NCBI RefSeq assembly: GCF_964204645.1
Contig: NC_134027.1
Span: forward strand, 744,001-808,000
Origin: Tubulanus polymorphus
Lineage: Eukaryota > Animalia > Nemertea
DNA: 64,000 nucleotides
Reading direction: 5' to 3'
The translations under genes were made by a program, and so were the position numbers. The notes beneath the pieces are model-generated. The model did no database searches and was not told where the DNA came from. It worked only from the letters and a program-made list of their open reading frames with translations. Positions 1 through 13,800 of this stretch are shown in pieces. Within the stretch, counting starts at the first letter, position 1, and every line of letters starts with the position of its first letter.

Positions 1-650
1 ATCGCACCCATTCATGTCATTCATCCAAAAAAAATTAAAAACTAAAAAAGAAAAAAAAATATAAAAATTTAAAAAATCTCATCTCATTTCATCCAATTTA
101 TTTATTTGCGGGTGCGATCCCTATCGCACCCATTCATGTCATTCATCCAAAAAAAATTAAAAACTAAAAAAGAAAAAAAAATATAAAAATTTAAAAAATC
201 TCATCTCATTTCATCCAATTTATTTATTTGCGGGTGCGATTCCTATCGCACCCATTCATGTCATTCATCCAAAAAAAATTAAAAAATTAAAAACAAAATA
301 GAAAATTATAAAATCTTAAAAAATCTCATCTCATTTCATCCAATTTATTTGCGGGTGCGATTCCTATCGCACCCATTCATGTCATTCATCCAAAAAAAAT
401 TAAAAACTAAAAAGGAAAAAAAAATATAAAAATTTAAAAAATGTCATCTCATTTCATCCAATTTATTTGCGGGTGCGATTCCTATCGCACCCATTCATGT
501 CATTCATCCAAAAAAAATTTAAAAATTAAAAACAAAATAGAAAATTATAAAATCTTAAAAAATCTCATCTCATTTCATCCAATTTATTTGCGGGTGCGAT
601 TCCTATCGCACCCATTCATGTCATTCATCCAAAAAAAATTTAAAAACTAG
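1..650. repeat. ~120-bp tandem repeat with a GC-rich hairpin (truncated by the window start)
   Basis: atcgcacccattcatgtcattcatcc recurs at 1, 123, 245, 366, 484 and 605; each unit has the stem-loop gggtgcgat-tcct-atcgcaccc. Confidence 0.95.
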
Positions 651-886
651 AAATTAAAGTTCTAAGTTTGTTGTTAGATTCTATTCAAAGAACGTTGTAA
701 AGTTCTTAATTTGTCGTAAAAAACGTTTGAAAAAAAGAACTTCTTAAAGTTCTCAATCTGCCGTAAAATGCAATTGAAAAGATTATAACTCACATGAAAA
801 TTAAAACGATAAAATAATTGATAAATAATCATTAATAAAAATTGAACTTTGGTCTCGCAATGTTTCCCCGTTATGCATTTTTTACT

Positions 887-1508
887 CGTCGTCAAACATC
901 GGCAGCTCATCGTCGATACTCGCAGCTCGATACACAACAGCAGTTCGTCGTCGATACACACCAGCAGTTCGATACACGCCAGCAGCTCGATACACACCAG
1001 CAGCTCGTCGTCGATACACACCAGCAGTTCGTCGTCGATACACACCAGCAGTTCGTCGTCGATACAGACCAGCAGTTCGTCGTCGATACACACCAGCAGT
1101 TCGTTGTCGATACAAACCAGCAGTTCGATACTCACCAACAGCTCGATACACGCCAGCAGTTCGTCGTCGATACACACCAGCAGTTCGTCGTCGATACACA
1201 CCAGCAGTTCGTCGTCGATACACACCAGCAGTTAGTCATCGATACACACCAGCAGCTCGATACACACCAGCAGTTCGTCGTCGATACACACCAGCAGCTC
1301 GATACACACCAGCAGTTCGTCGACACTCACCAGCAGCTCGTCGTCGATACACACCAGCAGTTCGTTGTCGATACACACCAGCAGTTCGATACTCACCAGC
1401 AGCTCGATACACACCAGCAGCTCGTCGATACTCACCAGCAGCTCGATACTCACCAGCAGCTCGTCGTCGATACACACCAGCAGCTCGATACACACCAGCA
1501 GCTTGATA
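887..1508. repeat. Minisatellite of 18/21/24-bp variant units (gatacacaccagcagttcgtcgtc)
   Basis: Directly visible; the unit lengths are multiples of 3, which explains the low-complexity ORFs in many frames. Confidence 0.95.
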
Positions 1509-2480
1509 CCAAAACAGCTTTTAGCTGGTGAAAACCTACCCCCCCATCGGGGTTAAACATGATCAAGCTATTATTCTAGGAATATAACTGTTGCAAGGGA
1601 AGTTAAGATTCATTAACCTAAACTTGATACAAAGAGATTATTGCTAATTATGAATTTCAAGGGTTTAAAAACTGATTTAAAAATCTTGAAAGACGCTCGG
1701 TCTCACTAGAGATTTTCATCTTAAAGATTTATTGTCCTCTTACTATTGTTTAGGTGATCTATAATTTGGTAAATGCTGCTGTTGGAAAGATGCCAGAAGA
1801 AAGTTGATTCATGCACATCTTCACTTCACGTATTTATTGCACAAGGCGCCGACTTGCACCTGCACTACACCATTCACACTTCATCACTTCTGCATCTTTA
1901 TCAATTAATTCTGGCATCTATTTGAAAATTACTTTAAACATCAGATCTCAAACTGAAACATTGAGGTATTGAATTTCAAACTGAAATATCGAGCTATCGA
2001 ATCTCGATCTCAAATGTTTACTGGAAGCCATATTTGATGTTGTATTATTCATCATAGATTGTTTAGTGTTTTCTGGCATATGCGGGCCATTTAAGATGGT
2101 CAGATAAATTCCCCGGTGGAAAATATATCTCGTGGAAGAGTCATGGAAATGAAAAATATCTTATGTAGATGTGAAGTTAGGAACCTTGCAACAGTTATTC
2201 CACCTGAGGATAATTTGATATAAGATGAATCAGTTATTGGATCATTTAACTGAAGCCAAATATAGTGAAAAATCTTAGTACAAATTTGTCTCAAACTACA
2301 ATTGAAAGGACTTATCACAGTTCTAATTCGACTCTAGGTGCGTTCAGAAGAACTTCTTAACAGTGAAAAAACTTGACTAAAAATCAGGAATCGACCCTGT
2401 TCATTGATAAGATTTGATCTTTATTTGAAGATTAAGAATCAAACTCGCTAATTCACAATTTTTGGTAGTAAATACTGTTG

Positions 2481-2680
2481 ATCCATCATATTCGCAGCCC
2501 CCGTGGGCTTACCAATCCATCATACGTGCAGCCCCCTTGGGCTTACCAGTCTATCATACTCGCAGCCCCAGTGGGCTTATCAATCCATCATACGTGCAGC
2601 CCCCTTGGGCTTACCAGTCTATCATACTCGCAGCCCCAGTGGGCTTACCAGTCCATCATACGTGCAGCCCCCTTGGGCTG
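2481..2680. repeat. 34-bp minisatellite, ~6 copies
   Basis: Unit (a/g)tc(c/t)atcatac..gcagcccc..tgggctta.ca starts at 2481, 2515, 2549 and 2583. Confidence 0.95.
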
Positions 2681-3394
2681 AATTTGAATATTTGATACGC
2701 GACGCGCGTGATTGAAGCTTTGTTTATGTTCGTGCTTGCCGCGATGAATTGTCATAAATATATCCTCCGTACTGGAGGACCATGAAAAGGTTTGAAGGGA
2801 TCCCTAGTTAGCGCCTGTCCAGGTTTGGCTCTGGACCCGCTTGTTCGACTAGGCATCTTGTTGGAAATTTTGTCGACTGAAACTTTCGTAACTTTCGTTT
2901 TAGACCTCACTTAGAAACCGCCTTGTTCTTCTGCCGTAGATGTTGACTGTGTCGTACCCACAGTAGTATCATTTGAGATCTTCAAAGTCTCATTAGCCAT
3001 CTTAAATTCAAATAGTTTCGGACATTTGAGGTCCTCATCAACTCCGGGTCTTCATTCAACTGCAGTTACTGCCATTTGCCAGTGTCTGATGTAGAAGTGT
3101 CTGACTTGACATTTTGATTTTCAGAATTAAAACCTTTTTCTATTAAAGAAATTAGATATTGGTTAAAAAAAACGAGTGAATAATTGTTTGTAAGAAAAAA
3201 GAAAATCTTGTTAGAAAAAAATATAGATGTAAAAAAATATAGATGTAAGAAAAAAAAGTATATTGTAAATCGACGAGACAACAGAACCAGCATCAGCAAC
3301 AACAACATCAGAGGAAGCAGTAACCAGTTATTTATCAGCTCCATAAATTACTGAAACGAAATCCACAACTTGGAAACCAGACACACTCGACTCT

Positions 3395-6365
3395 AGAATT
3401 GTTTATACAACTGTCAACATGGAGTTCATCTCACAAGCAAATTAGGTAATTATCTCATGATTTTGTATGAAATGCTAATTTTTACATTTTTGCATTTAAG
3501 TTTAAATGAGTTTAAAATCACGTTTCATTTGTTGTTTATTTTATCGTTTCAGTTTTCAATTTGCCGAGATTAGTCGTCAGAAAACTGTTACAATGGAAAC
3601 TAAGATAACAAAAACTTGATTCGGCAAAGATTGAAGAAATCTTGCGAAGAGATTGTTCATAGAACTGTCAACATGGAGTTCATCTCCCAAGTAAATTAGG
3701 TAATTATCTTATGAAATTGGATGAATTGCCGATTTTACATTTTTGCATTTCAAGTAGGTGTAATTGAATGTTTGTCAACCTAACTCTTATAAAACTGTGT
3801 TAACCGTTGAACAGGATTCTAGAACTGTGCAGAAAACCCGTTATCGCTGCTTTGCAGCTATATTTATCTTATGATTTTGTATGAAATGCTAATTTTTGCA
3901 TTTACGTTTAAATGAGTTTAAAATCACGTTTCATTTGTTGTTTATTTTGTCTTTTCAGTTTTCAATTTGCCGAGATCAGTGGTCAGAAAACTGTTACAAC
4001 GGAAACTAATGTATCAAAGACTTGATTTGGCAAAGATTGAAGAAATCCTGCGAAAAGATTATTCATGAATTGTTCATACAACTGTCAACATGGAGTTCAT
4101 CTCACAAGCAAATTAGGTAATTATCTCATGATTTTGTATGAAATGCTAATTTTTACATTTTTGCATTTAAGTTTAAATGAGTTTAAAATCACGTTTCATT
4201 TGTTTTTTATTTTGTCGTTTCAGTTTTCAATTTGCCGAGATTGGTCGTCAGAAAACTGTTACAATGGAAACTAAGATAACAAAAACTTGATTCGGCAAAG
4301 ATTGAAGAAATCTTGCGAAGAGATTGTTCATAGAACTGTCAACATGGAGTTCATCTCACAAGCAAATTAGGTAATTATCTTATGAAATTGGATGAATTGC
4401 CGATTTTACATTTTTGCATATCAAGTAGGTGTAATTGAATGTTTGTCAACCTAACTCTTATAAAACTGTGTTAACCGTTGAACAGGATTCTAGAACTGTG
4501 CAGAAAACCCGTTATCGCTGCTTTGCAGCTATATTTATCTTATGATTTTGTATGAAATGCTAATTTTTGCATTTACGTTTAAATGAGTTTAAAATCATGT
4601 TTCATTTGTTGTTTATTTTGTCTTTTCAGTTTTCAATTTGCCGAGATCAGTCGTCAGAAAACTGTTACAACGGAAACTAAGATATCAAAGACTTGATTTG
4701 GCAAAGATTGAAGAAATCCTGCGAAAAGATTATTCATGAATTGTTCATACAACTGTCAACATGGAGTTCATCTCACAAGCAAATTAGGTAATTATCTCAT
4801 GATTTTGTATGAAATGCTAATTTTTACATTTTTACATTTAAGTTTAAATGAGTTTAAAATCATGTTTCATTTGTTGTTTATTTTGTCTTTTCAGTTTTCA
4901 ATTTGCCGAGATTAGTCGTCAGAAAACTGTTACAACAGAAACTAAGATATCAAAGACTTGATTTGGCAAAGATTGAAGAAATCCTGCGAAAAGATTATTC
5001 ATGAATTGTTCATACAACTGTCAACATGGAGTTCATCTCACAAGCAAATTAGGTAATTATCTCATGATTTTGTATGAAATGCTAATTTTTACATTTTTGC
5101 ATTTAAGTTTAAATGAGTTTAAAATCACGTTTCATTTGTTTTTTATTTTGTCGTTTCAGTTTTCAATTTGCCGAGATTGGTCGTCAGAAAACTGTTACAA
5201 TGGAAACTAAGATAACAAAAACTTGATTCGGCAAAGATTGAAGAAATCTTGCGAAGAGATTGTTCATAGAACTGTCAACATGGAGTTCATCTCACAAGCA
5301 AATTAGGTAATTATCTTATGAAATTGGATGAATTGCCGATTTTACATTTTTGCATATCAAGTAGGTGTAATTGAATGTTTGTCAACCTAACTCTTATAAA
5401 ACTGTGTTAACCGTTGAACAGGATTCTAGAACTGTGCAGAAAACCCGTTATCGCTGCTTTGCAGCTATATTTATCTTATGATTTTGTATGAAATGCTAAT
5501 TTTTGCATTTACGTTTAAATGAGTTTAAAATCATGTTTCATTTGTTGTTTATTTTGTCTTTTCAGTTTTCAATTTGCCGAGATCAGTCGTCAGAAAACTG
5601 TTACAACGGAAACTAAGATATCAAAGACTTGATTTGGCAAAGATTGAAGAAATCCTGCGAAAAGATTATTCATGAATTGTTCATACAACTGTCAACATGG
5701 AGTTCATCTCACAAGCAAATTAGGTAATTATCTCATGATTTTGTATGAAATGCTAATTTTTACATTTTTACATTTAAGTTTAAATGAGTTTAAAATCATG
5801 TTTCATTTGTTGTTTATTTTGTCTTTTCAGTTTTCAATTTGCCGAGATTAGTCGTCAGAAAACTGTTACAACAGAAACTAAGATATCAAAGACTTGATTT
5901 GGCAAAGATTGAAGAAATCCTGCGAAAAGATTATTCATGAATTGTTCATACAACTGTCAACATGGAGTTCATCTCACAAGCAAATTAGGTAATTATCTTA
6001 TGATTTTGTATGAAATGCTAATTTTTACATTTTTACATTTAAGTTTAAATGAGTTTAAAATCACATTTCATTTGTTGTTTATTTTGTCTTTCCAGTTTTC
6101 AATTTGCCGAGATTAGTCGTCAGAAAACTGTTACAACAGAAACTAAGATATCAAAGACTTGATTTCGGCAAAGATTGAAGAAATCCTGCGAAGAGATTAT
6201 TCATGAATCATACAACTGTCAACATGGAGTTCATCTCACAAGCAAATTAGGTAATTATCTTATGATTTTGTATGAAATGCTAAATTTTACTCGTTATTTT
6301 TTTACTAATAAGTTGACTTTGAAATCTTTATTTATTTCTTGTTTATTTTGTCTTTTCAGTTTTGA
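3395..6365 (+). repeat. Satellite of 254/265/417-bp units with a 936-bp higher-order period; each unit carries donor and acceptor splice motifs
   Basis: actgtcaacatgg at about 3410, 3664, 4081, 4335, 4752, 5017, 5271, 5688, 5953 and 6215; identical ORFs at 4065 and 5001 are 936 bp apart. Confidence 0.92.
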
Positions 6366-6483
6366 ATTTGCCAAGATTCACATGTAGCAGATATAATGGA
6401 ATTAAGTATTGAGAACCGCAACTTAACAATAAACCGGATCAACTTAATATAGTGCTGAGGACCAAAAATAAACAATAAACCCA

Positions 6484-7760
6484 ACCAGTGTAATTCAGTG
6501 TCGAGAACCGCAGTTAAATGATGAACCCGACCAGTGTAATTCAGTGTCGAGAACCACAATTAAACGATGAACCTGACCAGTGTAATTCAGTGTCGAGAAC
6601 CACAATTAAACGATAAACCCGACCAGTGTAATTCAGTGTCGAGAACCACAATTAAACGATGAACCTGACCAGTGTAATTCAGTGTCGAGAACTGCAATTA
6701 AATGATGAACCGGACCAGTGTAATTCAGTGTCGAGAACCACAATTAAACGATGAACCTGACCAGTGTAATTCAGTGTCGAGAACTGCAATTAAATGATGA
6801 ACCGGACCAGTATAATTCAGTGTCGAGAACCACAATTAAACGATGAACCTGACCAGTGTAATTCAGTGTCGAGAACCACAATTAAACGATGAACCGGACC
6901 AGTGTAATTCAGTGTCGAGAACCACAATTAAACGATGAACCTGACCAGTGTAATTCAGTGTCGAGAACTGCAATTAAATGATGAACCGGACCAGTATAAT
7001 TCAGTGTCGAGAACCACAATTAAACGATGAACCTGACCAGTGTAATTCAGTGTCGAGAACTGCAATTAAATGATGAACCGGACCAGTATAATTCAGTGTC
7101 GAGAACCACAATTAAACGATGAACCGGACCAGTATAATTCAGTGTCGAGAACCACAATTAAACGATGAACCTGACCAGTGTAATTCAGTGTCGAGGACCG
7201 CAATTAAACGATGAACCCGACCAGTGTAATTCAGTGTCGAGAACCGCAATTAAACAATGAACCCGACCAGTGTAATTCAGTGTCGAGAACCGCAATTAAA
7301 GGATGAACCGGACCAGTGTAATTCAGTGTCGAGACCAACAATTAAACGATAAACCCGACCAGTGTAATTCAGTGTCGAGGACCACAATTAAACGATGAAC
7401 CGGACCAGTGTAATTCAGTGCTGAGAACCACAATTAAACGATGAACCCGACCAGTGTAATTCAGTGTCGAGGACCACAATTAAACGATGAACCGGACCAG
7501 TGTAATTCAGTGCTGAGAACCACAATTAAACGATGAACCCGACCAGTGTAATTCAGTGTCCAGAGCCGCAGTTAAACAATGAACCGGACCAGTGTAATTC
7601 AGTGTCGAGAACCGCGATTAAACGATGAACCGGACCAGTGTAATTCAGTGTCCAGAGCCGCAGTTAAACAATGAACCAGACCAGTGTAATTCAGTGTCGA
7701 GAACCGCGATTAAACGATGAACCGGACCAGTGTAATTCAGTTTCGTAATAACCGCAATTA
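6484..7760. repeat. 46-bp minisatellite, ~28 copies
   Basis: Unit accagtgtaattcagtgtcgagaaccacaattaaacgatgaacc(t/g/c)g repeated head-to-tail. Confidence 0.97.
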
Positions 7761-7929
7761 AACGATTATCTGGAGTTGTAATAGTGTTGTGTATTTGCGT
7801 AGTGGATCAAGTGGAAGGATTTTAAGTGTATTTGGTGACTTTAATTCGTTCGCATCCAACAGAATCAACAAAGACATTACAAAAAACGACAAAAAATGAT
7901 TGAATGTAAATGCATTGAATTTAGGTTTG

Positions 7930-8900
7930 TTGATCAAGATAATCACTGATCAAGATTGACAGTTATAATCCATAATTGTTGAACTTGATCAGAGATTTTC
8001 AAGATCGATTTTAAGGTGATTCAGAAGTTTAAATCTGATGTTTTAATCTCTGGGACTCAGATATTAAATCAATAGATTTTTACTGCTGAATGATCTTCAT
8101 GTACAGATGAGCTACAATTGTTCCTAGTGTGTTCTGTTAAGACTGATTAAAGGGTGGAAAAACTTGACTCAAATTCAAATTGAGTCAAGTTTTTCTAAGA
8201 TAATCTCTGATCAAGATCAGCAGTTACCGGTATAATCCATAATTGTTGAACTTGATTGGTGATTTTCAAGATCTGTTTTAAGGTGATTCACAAGTTTAAA
8301 TCTGATGTTTGAATCTCTGGGTTCCAGATATTAAATCAATAGATTTTTACTGCTGAATGACCTTCGTGTTCAGATAAGCTACAATTGTTCCTAGTGTGTT
8401 CTGTTAAGAAAGGGTGGAAAAACTTGACCCAAATTCAAATTGAGTCGATAATCTCTGATCAAGATCGGCAGTTATAATCCATAATTGTTGAACTTGATTG
8501 GAGATTTTCGAGAACTGTTTTTAAGGTGATTCAGAAGTGTGAATCTGATGTTTTAATCTCTGGGTTTCAGAGATTAAATAAATAGGTTTTTACTTCTGAA
8601 TCACTTCGGGTTTAGGTAAGTTAAAGTGGTTCCTATTGTAATCTGTTAAACTGATTAAAGGGTGGAAAAACTTGATTCAAATTAATAATCTGAATCAAGT
8701 TTTCCAATGATAATCCGCGATCAAGTTCAGCAGTTATAATTCATAACTGTTGAACTCAATTCACAATTAAATGAACTGTTTTAAGGTGATTCAGAAGTAT
8801 AAATCTGATGTTTTAATCTTTGGGTTTCAGAGATTAAATCAATAGGCTTTACTTCTGGATCACTGTTGGGTTTTGATAAGTTGTAAGTTGTTCCTATTGT
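7930..8900. repeat. Diverged ~250-265-bp tandem repeat, ~4 copies
   Basis: Blocks gttataatccataattgttgaact and ttttaaggtgattcagaag..aatctgatgtttt recur about four times; gggtggaaaaacttga recurs three times. Confidence 0.9.
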
Positions 8901-10864
8901 TTAATGAATTAGTAGAAATTCTATTTTTAGGTGACAGGTCAAATAGATTAGAGCAATAATTTATGCAGAGGTTGAATTAATTTAATGTTTAATATACCAA
9001 AGAATGGTTTATTGTGAAGATTTAATTAAAATCTTAAATAAAGAGTTGTTCAATTTCATAAATGTTTTGTTTTCGATGAAGTTTTTTCATTTTCTGGATT
9101 TGAGGAATTTGACTTTAAACACATCAGTGGATTCAGCACAGTTCTGTGGACACAGTTTTGGGACCGAGACCTGGAGACACAGCTCAAGACCCAGTTACAA
9201 GTTCAACTGGACTCCATCCCAAAAAACCCTGGGCCCTTCAAACCTTTAAGTAAGATGCTCACTTACAGATTCATAAAATTGACCCTTATTATCTTGTCAT
9301 CTGCAGCACCATCTCAGAGGCTTAAACCAAGAATTTCTTGTAATGTTCAACAAATGTGAATTACATTAAGTAATTTTTGAGATCGACTTACACCTGAGTT
9401 TTTTCTAAATCACAGTCTACTTATTTCATAGTCATCCACGATTTCATAGCTCTCTAACTATTCAACCCTTTCCCTGATGGGCCCTGGCCCCAATTGCTGA
9501 ACCCAGTTCTCCAAGTCTAATTTCTGGGTTTAGTGGTTTATCAGGAAATTAATGGATTAATTAGAAATATATCTAACAGTCATAATAAAGTTTAAAATTA
9601 ATCATTTGACATATCGTAATTGATTTTGTTCGCCACAACGCCTTTCTCAGCAGGATTATAGCATTTTACTTTCTATGGGTTTTTTAAAGGTAAGTTTTCA
9701 AAGGACAGAATGTCCGAATATACGTCCGGATCCGCCTTTATATGCCTCATTCCGATTCTGCTCATTTGCATATATTTTCAGCAAGTGGAAATCCCCGAAT
9801 TCCAAGATGGCGGCGACCATGATATATCAAATAACAACTATTTTGGGCCAAATCAACGCTTTCTCAAGCTCAATATGAGTTTTCCCGAGTGCAAATGTAA
9901 CTTAAAGAGAAAATAATCCTGTTGGTTAGTTATATTTTTGATAATTGAATTTATTTGCAAAGTTAAAGTGAAGTTCCAATGACAGATAGAAACGTTGAAA
10001 GACTGGGGTAGATTGAAACATGCCCTAGCCACTGGCCACTATCATATGAACAGTCCTAAACGTTTTGATCCAACTGCACCAGTTGAGGTCACCAACTGTA
10101 TGGCCCTTATTTAACAATAATGCGTACATATAAGCACAAGGGCCCCCAAACTGCAGTTGCTCTGTTGGTTTTAAATCTGTATATAGTCTTAGTCATTTTT
10201 GATCTTATCATCTGTTCTCCACCTTTTTGAGTGTGAGAGTTTTATGAACTGTTGTGAAGATTGAGGAAATCGATAGAAAGAGATGAAAATTGTTTAAGTT
10301 GTTATCATGAAAATGACTGAGCTTACTATGTACAGTATATACGACCCAGAGGGACATGGCTTATTATGAGAAACATTGAGGTTTTCATGAAAGTTCATGA
10401 ATTTTGCATGAAAGTACAATGTTGGAAAATATATCCCCTGTCACACTCCCTGATTCTTTATCATTGCCCTCATTTCTCTGAAAGGCCCTTCAACTGAATC
10501 AGTCTCCGGTCGAAAAGGTTCCTCTTATAAGTTCAATTGTCTATAACTGATGATGTGATGTGAAGAGTCTACAATTGAACAAATACCGCATTGAAATCAA
10601 ATCTTCTCTATTTCAGGCATTACTTCTGGCATAAAACACTATTCAAGCAATGTAGGAGCATTTATAGGCGCAGCAGGAAGGAGGAGTTCAGGAGCAGCAT
10701 CATATAGGAGTTGCACAGGAGCAGCATCATAGGAGTAGTGCAGGAGCAGTGAGAGCTTCATAGGAGCAGCAAGACCAGCATCATAGATAGGAACAGTAGC
10801 TGAAGGAATGAAACAAGATAAGTAGCATTTGAAATATAGAAAATAGAAAAGCTGTAAAATGTTT

Positions 10865-13800
10865 TCTATTGTAAAAATATTTTCAAATTCAGTCTGATTT
10901 GTGCCAGATTGTAACTGTAGAAGTTTCACTCATTGTTTCAGTCTAATTGAGATGTGGCTGGTGTACATGTATCACTGACTGTGTAACACTGCAGTCATTT
11001 CTTCAATTATTTCTCCTCAGTTGGAAGAATGTTTGTTCTCTTATCTTCATTAGCGATAAGAATCAATCCCATCCGTCTAACAACAGCATCGTAACATTTC
11101 CACTTATCTAATCCTAGAGGGAATGAGTAGTATGAGGTTTGGGTATGGAGTGGGGCAGGGTAAGGTGTAGTTGACAGTTAGGGTAGGATAGGGTAATGTG
11201 ATGAGGTAAGGTCGGTTTGATGATGCAGGGTTATTTGATGTGGTTGGATTCGATGATGAGTTTGATATGGAACTGGTCGAGGTGGGTGTTTGTGGTAGTG
11301 TACGGTGTGTATGTTCGGAGGGTGTATGATAACTGATTGAAAGGTTGCTGTTAGAGGTCAGTGCAGTAGTGATGCTGGTATAGTTTGTGTAAGGTAGGCG
11401 TCGGTGTACCGGGTTAAGTATAGGGTAAGGCATGGTCAGAGTAATGTTACCGTAGAGGAAAAGTTATGTGGGGAAGGGTGTTTTTGTTTTCAGCCCACTT
11501 GAGACTTAAGTCTCAGCGGGCCGTTGCATTTTCTTTTCATCCGTTGTCCGTTTGTGCATCCGCAGACGGAATACAGTTATTTTTGGAGGTTTTTAAGTTT
11601 TCCAACGCCACTGCATATGTTCTCCAGGGGGTGTTGAGTATAGAATTTTCAGATTGTCAGGAATTTCACCAAGTGTGCATGGTGTCCCTGGACTCCCCAA
11701 TTTTGAAATTAGGGTGAATTCTGTAGAATTCTAATGATTGGTTAAATGGGCATCACTCTTTATTGGAATTCTGTGCTTAAAATATTGAATATGAAAGTAA
11801 GAACAGACGTCGTAGCTGTCACTGTGGACAGTGAATCTATTTCTGATTTGTGTGGATGTGATGGCGCAGGTGGTGGCCATAACTTCGAGGTCACCTCTTA
11901 ATCATTACATGTCCTTAGATGGATAGGACACAAGGGTAAATGAAAACATTCTTTAGGTTACTGCCAGGTTTTAGGGTATCGTACCAAGCCTTACCTTCCC
12001 GACCTCCTTCCCGCGCTAGCTATTCCAAAATCTCTATATGAGATACATCGATAACGATGTTACTGAAGATTGAATTTATCGATTCATTTTGGAATTGAAA
12101 CTTGTTTCATGGAACAAATGGTGCTGCAAATAAACAATATCATCAAACAATGATTCTGATTGACTATAGTGAACTGCTGCCCTACTACTGGTTTTAAAAG
12201 CACTGATTGAGATAGATTCAAACCCAGTTAAATTACTTATTTCCGAACACTTACTGCCGGTTGGTACTGGTACATAGCCAGGAGAGACAGCCATAAGAAA
12301 AAGAAAGAAAATGAAGAACATGAAGAGTGGGGGGTTTAGTCCACTGTCTGCCTAGCGGTTAGGCAGTGGTCTATTACTACCTCGACTCAAAAAAAAGGTG
12401 AGCTTAAAGCCACCAAGCACAAAAGTGGGGTCCGAAGGGTAGTCCTCTGCTGGCTTAGAGGGCAGGCATTGGTCTATTCTTACCTCACATGCTTAAAAAT
12501 GTTCACAAAAATGGCTATTAAGAGAGAGAGAGTGAGAGAGAGGAGGTGGTAAGTTTCCTTTACTTGACTGGGTGTAAAGTGATCAATAATGGAAATCATT
12601 TACGGTAAACCTTGAGTTTACTAACAATGTATTTTGGGTTCAGAGTCTATTTCCCAACAGTTTGCTGTTCACAAGCTGGTAGTAGGGTAAAAACTACCGG
12701 TATTCAGAGATTTGTGAATCAGAAGTTTTGCCATCATTTGCTTCATGAATCATTCACTTGTTAAAATGAATGATGTGACACACATGTAAAATACTGTTAC
12801 TGATTTATCATTTTTGATGGTGTCTTGATATTCAATATCTTGCAGGTATCGTCTCCTAGTATTTCACATAGAATTGAGGAGTAGTTTGAGTGAGTGGGAG
12901 GCATGGAGAGATTGGGCTCAAGATATCTCACTCGTTTGTTTACGTTTAGTTTGGGATCATCTTATTCAGCTTCAGTGTATAATACATCCTCGACTACTTT
13001 TCAACCAGTAGTTCATCGTAGGTTTTTGACATCACATCCATAGCTCCTTCCACTACTCGTGAATTTACAATTCATTCCTATCCGATGATGCTATTTATGA
13101 TGGAATGTGTTAAAGTAGATGTCTATGTGTTTTCATCTTTTGGTAAATCGTGAAAAATTCTGGCTTATTTGAATCGAAAGCCATTGATTATTATCTTGTG
13201 CGGTAATGATGGAAAAATTCAAAATGCGAATAGCTGTGTGGAATAAGAGAATGTCTTGAAAGGATTTGAGACATTGAGATGTGTAAAGAGAGACTGATTA
13301 CACCTGTACTGTCCTAGCCCCTCCCCAGGCAGTCACCACCTCGCCCCAACCAATTTTACCAAATCACCCTCACAACGACATCAAAATCCCTTTCACTTTT
13401 CCTCTACCATTATTTTTACCATGCCGGCTACCTTATCCCTAACCCTGCAAACCACACTCTACTCTACACAAACCATACCAACATCACAACTGTACCGTCC
13501 TCCAGCACCAACCTTTCTTCATTGTCAGACACCTCTCTAACTATACATCGTACACTACCACGTACACCCACCTCGACCGGTTCTATAACAAGCTGATCAT
13601 CTAATCCAGCCATATCAAACAACCCTGCATCATCCAACCTGACCTTACCTTACCACAATACCCTATCCTCCCCTAACATGTCAATCACACCATTCCCTTT
13701 TCCATTCCATTCCCAAGCGCCATACTACTCATTCCCTCTATGATTGAATAAGATAGAAATGTTACAATGTTGTAGTTAGACGGATGGGATTGATTTTCTT

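Noticed and set aside
674-1556. ORFs up to 229 aa (DTHQQ and CIDDELLV repeats) in many frames
   Set aside because: They arise from an 18/21/24-bp minisatellite that is open on both strands, with no domain or gene context.
6484-7760. CRISPR-like regular repeat
   Set aside because: There are no unique spacers and no cas genes, and the context is eukaryotic; it is a plain 46-bp minisatellite. The same applies to 32833-34043.
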